Source: an uncultured Atopobium sp. (GTDB lineage Bacteria > Actinomycetota > Coriobacteriia > Coriobacteriales > Atopobiaceae). Taken from it: a stretch of DNA of 64,000 bases. The stretch is taken from positions 2,274 through 66,273 of the forward strand of contig CALHDX010000110.1 in assembly GCA_938023105.1 (NCBI GenBank), given 5' to 3'. A model generated the notes under the pieces. It ran no database searches and was not told the DNA's origin. It saw only the letters and a program-made list of their open reading frames with translations. This document shows positions 58,261 through 64,000 of this stretch, piece by piece. The position numbers and the translations under genes are program-made. Every line of letters begins with the position of its first letter. The first letter of the stretch is position 1.

Positions 58261-58797
58261 ATGAAGTTTGGCTTTAGGAAATTCAGCCTTAATAAGTCAA
58301 TTAAGGCACGCACAACAGGAAGAATGACAAGGGTCCTTAAAAAGGCAGTAAATCCTTTTTATGGAAAAAAGGGAGTTGGCTTTATCAAGAATCCAAAGAG
58401 AGCCATCAACAGCTTCTTATACAAAAGGACTACTGTTGGTGTGAGCGACATAGCAAGAGTAGCTTCTAAAAAGACAGCTTCTAAGCATTCTAAAAAGTCG
58501 CAAAATGTTGAGCTTGATATCCATGTTCAAGATATTGAGAATGAGCAAACAAGCGCAACTAATCCTGGATGTGGCAGCCTTGTATTTGCTGCATTTATGG
58601 TAATTTTCGCAATATCAAGCTTGATGAATATCCCTAAATATCTTGCTGCATTTGACTGGTTTGGCGTGATTTTTAGTCTTGTCATTCTCTCAGTTTGCCT
58701 GTTTAGCGCATATTGTGTGTTTGATAACGCTAGAGCAAAGAGTGCAGAAGATGACAGCAGTCTAAAGCTTAGTGAGCAACAAGAAAAAGATTGCTGA
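58261..58797 (+). CDS. Lysogeny-module membrane protein (basic N-domain plus 2 TM)
   Basis: KARTTG...NPFYGKKG.G.IKNP; between cI and int. Confidence 0.7.
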   Translation: MKFGFRKFSLNKSIKARTTGRMTRVLKKAVNPFYGKKGVGFIKNPKRAINSFLYKRTTVGVSDIARVASKKTASKHSKKSQNVELDIHVQDIENEQTSATNPGCGSLVFAAFMVIFAISSLMNIPKYLAAFDWFGVIFSLVILSVCLFSAYCVFDNARAKSAEDDSSLKLSEQQEKDC

Positions 58798-58963
58798 CAG
58801 CTCAACGATGATGACAGATAGATGAATCTCGTATTTATCCATAGCAGATCTCCTCTCTTATTCGATGAGAGCATAAGAGGGAAGTAACGGAATAAAAAGC
58901 TCCCCGCGTCCGCCAAGACAATACAGGGAGCAACCTCCATCTCGTTAGGAAGGTATATACATT

Positions 58964-60070
58964 ATGCCACGTAAACGTTCTTCATGGGGTTCAAACCAGC
59001 CAATGGGTCCTGGGAAACGCAGAATCCGCTATATGGCAGACACGGGAGACGGCAGAGGGTTCACAAGACACTCTGAGACCGTCTACGGGACACGCAAACA
59101 AGCTGATGAAGTATTAGCGCAAAGACGCATAGAGCATAGCCAGGACAAGCCTGTGCCAACGCTCAGACAGGCTTTTGAAGCGTGGTATCTCCCAGAGTTG
59201 CAAGAACAACTGAAGACAGGTGAACTCTCTCAGAACTCATACAAGAACTATGTCAGTAGATGGACAAAGCACATAAATCCTGTTTGGGGAAGTTTGCCAA
59301 TCACGGCAATTAAACCTCTTGGAATCCAGGAATGGTTGCTCACTATGACGCAGGGAATCGCTGAGACATCGCTTATGTTGCTGCGTAAAATCCTCGATAA
59401 GTGCGTCATGCTTGAGCTGCTACCAGCAAACCCTGCAATCGTCACGTATAGGATGCCCAAGCAATCGAATAAGCGTGATACGTCTGTTTACTCGCTTAGT
59501 GAACTTTGCGAGGTTCTAGAAGCTCTGCGTGGCTCTGTTGCTTATATCCCAGCTATTCTTTGTGGCATTGGTTCATGCCGTGTTGGTGAGTCATTAGGCG
59601 TGAGAAAAGAAAACATCATGTCTTATGAATATGATGGCATGACGCTTGCCATCATTGACATTGATACACAAGTAGATAATAACGGAGAGGTACTAAACAA
59701 GCTAAAGACGTCACAAAGCAAGAGACCTATAGTCATTCCAGAGCCATGGTCAAAAGACATTCTCTCCATTGATACAGACTGGCTTACGGATAAAGGCTAT
59801 GGAAAGCCAGTAAGTCAGCAGGTAGTGCGTTATGTATGGAATAGGCTTCTCAAAGAAAAGAATCTTAAATACATTCCATTTAGAAATCTGCGTAACTCTT
59901 GGCGTACTGTCATGCGTTGGGAGTTGGGTATAGATTCTGACTATGTAGAGAAGATGATGGGTCACGCTGGAAAGGGCGTTGGTGAAATACACTATGATCG
60001 TCCGCAATGGAGACAGTTTGCGGATGTTGTAGGAGAAGCATGGGTTAGACACATGGCAAAGAATAATTAA
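58964..60070 (+). CDS. int: Tyrosine integrase
   Basis: CRVGE, LKT..S.R, FRNLRNS, MMGH, C-terminal HY. Confidence 0.92.
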   Translation: MPRKRSSWGSNQPMGPGKRRIRYMADTGDGRGFTRHSETVYGTRKQADEVLAQRRIEHSQDKPVPTLRQAFEAWYLPELQEQLKTGELSQNSYKNYVSRWTKHINPVWGSLPITAIKPLGIQEWLLTMTQGIAETSLMLLRKILDKCVMLELLPANPAIVTYRMPKQSNKRDTSVYSLSELCEVLEALRGSVAYIPAILCGIGSCRVGESLGVRKENIMSYEYDGMTLAIIDIDTQVDNNGEVLNKLKTSQSKRPIVIPEPWSKDILSIDTDWLTDKGYGKPVSQQVVRYVWNRLLKEKNLKYIPFRNLRNSWRTVMRWELGIDSDYVEKMMGHAGKGVGEIHYDRPQWRQFADVVGEAWVRHMAKNN

Positions 60071-60074
60071 TTAG

Positions 60075-60151
60075 TTAGGACATTTTAGGACATAAACAGG
60101 TATTACATAGCATTTTATCTGGTCTTTTATTCTATTCCCAATACAGGTATA
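60075..60151. repeat. Right att site: TTAGGACA x2 (60075, 60085) and AGGTATA core (60145-60151)
   Basis: Directly after int; matches left junction. Confidence 0.7.
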
Positions 60152-60183
60152 AAATACTCTACATTCAGTTTGAAAGGTTTGTA

Positions 60184-60993
60184 ATGGAAGCTCGCTTAGC
60201 TCCTCATAATTTTATTGGTGTATTTGACTCGGGCGTTGGTGGCATGAGTGTGCTTAAGCACCTTGTTGCCCAAATGCCTCACGAGGAATTTCATTATTTT
60301 GGCGATTCTGCATTTGCTCCTTATGGCACTAAACCAAAAGCGCAGATTGTCCAGCGCTCTCACGCTATTGCTAAAAAGTTTATCGATGAGGGTGCTAAAG
60401 CACTGGTTATAGCTTGCAATACTGCTACAGCTGCTGCTGCAGACGAGCTGAGGGCAACCTATCCTCATGTACCTATTGTGGGTGTTGAGCCAGCTCTTAA
60501 GCCTGCAGTAACTGCATATCCCCATGGAACAGTAGTTGTTCTAGCTACAAAAGCAACGCTCTCTTTGCAGAAGTACCACAACCTTGAGTCACGCCTGCAT
60601 CCTTCTGCAAAGGTTATCTCTATTCCAGGAGAAGGCCTGGTGGAGCTTATTGAATCTGGTCAGGCTGATTCAGAACAGATGCATAAACGACTGACCGAGC
60701 TTTTGGGAAATTATGCTGGCCAGGTAGATGCCGTGGTTCTTGGGTGTACCCATTACCCCTTTATCAAGAAGCAAATTAGCTCTGTTTTAGGAGACGTAGA
60801 ATTTTTTGACGGTGGGGCAGGCGCCGCTCATCAGCTTAAGCGTTTGCTTGGACAGGCAAACTTGCTTGCTTCTGCAGATGCCGCTGCTGACAAGAACACT
60901 AGCGCCATAGAGCCTGATATTTTATTCTCATCAAGCATAGATACTCCTGAAGAATTGAAGTTCTACCAGGAGTTCTTCTCGCAAGATATGTAA
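60184..60993 (+). CDS. murI: Glutamate racemase
   Basis: FDSGVGG, PYG, IACNTA, LGCTHYP. Confidence 0.96.
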   Translation: MEARLAPHNFIGVFDSGVGGMSVLKHLVAQMPHEEFHYFGDSAFAPYGTKPKAQIVQRSHAIAKKFIDEGAKALVIACNTATAAAADELRATYPHVPIVGVEPALKPAVTAYPHGTVVVLATKATLSLQKYHNLESRLHPSAKVISIPGEGLVELIESGQADSEQMHKRLTELLGNYAGQVDAVVLGCTHYPFIKKQISSVLGDVEFFDGGAGAAHQLKRLLGQANLLASADAAADKNTSAIEPDILFSSSIDTPEELKFYQEFFSQDM

Positions 60994-61012
60994 GCGTGGC
61001 TGGGTAAGCGTA

Positions 61013-61372
61013 TTACTTAAGCTTAGTCTCAAGCCACTTTTTGAGCACTACTGCGTTGTTGTACGTAGTGTCTTTGTCCGAGAAAAGCAGTGTCACGGTA
61101 GATTGATCAAGCTTTTTAAGCTGTTCGACAAAGGCATCTGCATCAGGATTGCTGTCAAGTTCAGCTGTATAGGTAGACACAAAGCTATCAAAGCGCTCTG
61201 GATCGTGGTTGAATGCTTTTCTGCACTCAGTAGTAGGAGCAATGGTTTTAGCCCATTCATCAGCGTGTAGGTTTTCCTTTTTGATGCCTCGTGGCCAAAG
61301 ACGGTCTACCAACACACGATATCCATCGTCGGCTTCTGGCGTATCGTAAGTCCTCTTAAGTTTGATATTCAT
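61013..61372 (-). CDS. DUF488 (YeaO-like) protein
   Basis: DGYRVLVDRLWPRGIKK, NNAVVL. Confidence 0.9.
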   Translation of the reverse strand: MNIKLKRTYDTPEADDGYRVLVDRLWPRGIKKENLHADEWAKTIAPTTECRKAFNHDPERFDSFVSTYTAELDSNPDADAFVEQLKKLDQSTVTLLFSDKDTTYNNAVVLKKWLETKLK

Positions 61373-61508
61373 TTTTGCTCCCTTCAGCTCATGTACGTTA
61401 TACCGCAAAATATCTATTCGGTTACAAACTATTTAATAGGACTAGGTATTCATATCCGCATGTTTATGATGAAGTTCATTCTTTAAAACCCACGGAGAAA
61501 GGAAAGCC

Positions 61509-62555
61509 ATGGCAAACTCAGTGGAGAAGAAGGACATCGATTGGACAGCGCTTGGCTTCGCATATACGCAGTGTGACTACAGCTACGTTGCCCACTACAA
61601 AGACGGTGCTTGGGATGAGGGCGGACTTACCACCGATCACAGCATTACACTGTCTGAGTGCGCAAACATCTTCCATTATTGCCAGGAAGTTTTTGAGGGT
61701 TTAAAAGCTTACACCACAGTTTCTGGCGATATTGTCTGCTTCCGTCCTAACCTCAATGCTCAGCGTATGGTTGACTCTGCATCCCGCCTTGTCATGCCAC
61801 CATTTCCTGAGGATAGATTTGTCGCTGCTGTTAAAGAGGTTGTTTCTGCAAACGCAGCATGGGTGCCGCCATTTGGTACAGGCGCTACGCTGTATGTTCG
61901 TCCATTTATGATTGGTACCGGAAATACTGTTGGTGTTAAGCCATCTCCTACCTATGAGTTCCGTATTATGGTCACTCCAGTTGGAGCTTATTACTCCAAC
62001 GGCGTTGCTCCTGTTGCACTGACCGTTTCTCCTTATGACCGTGCTGCTCCTCACGGAACTGGTAACATCAAGGCCGGCCTTAACTACGCTATGTCTCTGT
62101 ACCCAACCACCTGGGCACATGAGCAGGGCTTTGCAGACAGTATGTATCTTGACTCTGGCTCTCGTACCTATGTTGAGGAGTCCAGTGGTGCAAACTTCCT
62201 CTTTGTTGATAAAGAGGGAACCTTGGTTATTCCACAGTCTTACACAGATTCCATTTTGCCTTCTATTACCCGTCGTTCTCTGGCAACGGTTGCTAAAGAT
62301 CTGCTTGGTATGAAGGTTATTGAGCGTCCTGTCCGCTTTGACGAGCTTGACCAGTTTGTTGAGTGTGGTATGTGCGGTACTGCTGCTGTTATTTCTCCTG
62401 TTGGCAAAGTTGTTGACGGCCAGAAAGAAATTGTTTTTGGCGCTGGCATGGAGGCTGTCGGACCAGTTATGTCTAAGCTCCGCAATACGCTGACCAGCAT
62501 TCAGTCTGGCGAGATTGAGGCTCCAGAAGCAGACTGGATTTGCAAGATCTGCTAA
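61509..62555 (+). CDS. ilvE: Branched-chain amino acid aminotransferase
   Basis: FEGLKAY, LYVRP, KAGLNY, ILPSITR, GTAAVISP. Confidence 0.95.
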   Translation: MANSVEKKDIDWTALGFAYTQCDYSYVAHYKDGAWDEGGLTTDHSITLSECANIFHYCQEVFEGLKAYTTVSGDIVCFRPNLNAQRMVDSASRLVMPPFPEDRFVAAVKEVVSANAAWVPPFGTGATLYVRPFMIGTGNTVGVKPSPTYEFRIMVTPVGAYYSNGVAPVALTVSPYDRAAPHGTGNIKAGLNYAMSLYPTTWAHEQGFADSMYLDSGSRTYVEESSGANFLFVDKEGTLVIPQSYTDSILPSITRRSLATVAKDLLGMKVIERPVRFDELDQFVECGMCGTAAVISPVGKVVDGQKEIVFGAGMEAVGPVMSKLRNTLTSIQSGEIEAPEADWICKIC

Positions 62556-62672
62556 GGCTTACGTTTTCAACAACGCTTTGCTTTTAACACAAAGGCGAGA
62601 AGACCAATCGATCTTCTCGCCTGTTTTTTTATCTGCAAAAGCAGGATACGTGCGACGGCGATGCCTTTAAGC

Positions 62673-63524
62673 TTAAGCCTTGTGGGAAGAACCCAGGTTA
62701 TCCATGTGGCTTGCAACAATCTGAGTGATTGCTTCCATACCAGGAACGGAAGGCTTCTTTGGATCAAAGTTGCCGGGGTTTTCGGACATGTACTTCATAA
62801 AGGCCGCGGTAAAGACCTGGCGGAGCTCGGTTGCGTAGTTAACCTTGCAAATACCGTTCTGAATTGCCTCTGCTACCTGGTCGTCTGGAACGCCAGAAGT
62901 ACCGTGAAGAACCAGAGGAATATCAAGGCGCTGACGGATTGCCTTGAGGACGCCCTGCTCAATGTGAGGTGTGCCGTGGTAAACGCCGTGAGCGGTGCCA
63001 ACGCCAACCGCAAGAGAAGTGCAGTTAGTGCGAGCGACAAACTCCTCAGCCTGGTCTGGATCAGTGTAGGGGTTCTCGCCCTCAACAGCTGGGCCGTCGT
63101 CCTCTTTACCGCCAACTTTGCCAAGCTCAGCCTCAACAGGAAGGTTGATAGGACCAGCAAACTTGGTTACGGATGCGGTAAGTGCAATGTTGTCCTCAAA
63201 TGGAACGTGAGAGCCGTCAATCATGACGGAGGTGTAACCGGCACGAGCTGCCTGAATGCAGCGGTCAAAGCCGTCACCGTGATCTAGGTGAAGAGCAACA
63301 GGAACAGTTGCCTCTTCAGCAGCACAACGAACCATGGCAGCAAAGTAATCAAGGCTTGCGTACTTGATGGTGCCAGGAGTGGTCTGAAGAATAACAGGGG
63401 AGCGGCGCTCTTCTGCTGCCTTAACAACAGCCATTACAAACTCAAGGTTCTCAACGTTAAAGGCGCCAACAGCATAATGGCCAGCCTGTGCGTCAAGAAG
63501 CATCTGCTTAGTAGTAACGAACAT
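62673..63524 (-). CDS. Class II fructose/tagatose-bisphosphate aldolase
   Basis: GAFN, LHLDHG, VEAELG, GTAHG, LVLHGTSG, KVN. Confidence 0.93.
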   Translation of the reverse strand: MFVTTKQMLLDAQAGHYAVGAFNVENLEFVMAVVKAAEERRSPVILQTTPGTIKYASLDYFAAMVRCAAEEATVPVALHLDHGDGFDRCIQAARAGYTSVMIDGSHVPFEDNIALTASVTKFAGPINLPVEAELGKVGGKEDDGPAVEGENPYTDPDQAEEFVARTNCTSLAVGVGTAHGVYHGTPHIEQGVLKAIRQRLDIPLVLHGTSGVPDDQVAEAIQNGICKVNYATELRQVFTAAFMKYMSENPGNFDPKKPSVPGMEAITQIVASHMDNLGSSHKA

Positions 63525-63659
63525 CTATTGCTCCTTTCGCCCCAAAGGGCTCTTTGATTGACTGAAAAAATTGTAACGTTTCTCTTACTCTGTTACGTAA
63601 GTTTTCTAGAAATAGTTTTGTCTTTGTAACCTTTGGCGAGAAACCCGTCTTGCTGCATA

Positions 63660-64000
63660 TTATTCAGCAATCTTTTTGATTGTGACCTGCTTCTGAATCT
63701 TAGTTGCAACATCTTGATCAAAGCGACCGGTACCTGCAGATAGGCAACTTGCGGTAGCACATGAAAGCGCAAAGGTAAGACACTCTGAAGTTGGTTTTTG
63801 CTGAGCAAGTGCAACAGCAAATGAGCCAACAAGGGTATCTCCTGCACCAACAGGATTGATAGCTTCAATTTTTGGAGGATTTGCTCTAAAGGTTCCTTCA
63901 TCAGAAACCATGAGTGCACCTTTTGCACCAAGCGATACAACTACAATTTTAATGCCGCGTTTGTGCAGCTCCCGAGCTGCCTCAATGACCTGGTCTTCTG
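63660..64000 (-). CDS. PfkB-family 1-phosphofructokinase/tagatose-6-P kinase (3' part only)
   Basis: VVSLGAKGA and NPVGAGD anion-hole motif; upstream of aldolase. Confidence 0.85.
   Translation of the reverse strand, partial: EDQVIEAARELHKRGIKIVVVSLGAKGALMVSDEGTFRANPPKIEAINPVGAGDTLVGSFAVALAQQKPTSECLTFALSCATASCLSAGTGRFDQDVATKIQKQVTIKKIAE

Larger units (their letters stand above)
28992..60151. mobile_element. Temperate siphovirus prophage, about 31.2 kb, apparently complete
   Basis: Integrase, CI/cro, replication, terminase, portal, capsid, tail and lysis modules in order; AGGTATA direct repeat at both ends. Confidence 0.95.

Noticed and set aside
62661..63287. 208-aa plus-strand ORF
   Set aside because: Antisense shadow of the aldolase gene.

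Overview
About 47-50% GC (estimated by eye) bacterial chromosome. The gene content suggests Coriobacteriia, Atopobium/Lancefieldella-like (inference, not a database match). Positions 1-28.9 kb are housekeeping: degV, nhaA, a PLP aminotransferase, TPR-STAS-tatB-tatC-topA, tmk-holB-ricT-queD-GH5-rsmI-metG-rsmA-tatD, a BceRS/BceAB-like module interrupted by a tandem GNAT, PTS EIIA, a nucleoid-associated protein, a Tat-signal peptidoglycan hydrolase and an FKBP. An apparently complete ~31.2 kb temperate siphovirus prophage (about 28992-60151) sits between the divergent FKBP and murI genes and is bounded by a 7-bp AGGTATA core with TTAGGACA arm-type repeats. Host genes resume at 60184 (murI, DUF488, ilvE, class II aldolase, PfkB kinase). 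The most notable items are in the prophage: (1) a minor head protein with an AT-rich C-terminal HEXXH zincin domain plus a coupled small orphan gene (candidate virion-borne toxin-immunity pair); (2) a single-ORF TerS-TerL fusion; (3) two tandem Myb/SANT-like proteins directly upstream of the terminase; (4) an LPXTG-anchored adhesin-like gene inside the early lytic operon; (5) a multi-hairpin non-coding leader after cro; (6) an iteron array in the replication gene. The host also carries a GH5 with a substituted catalytic nucleophile. All calls come from motif recognition by eye; no searches were run.
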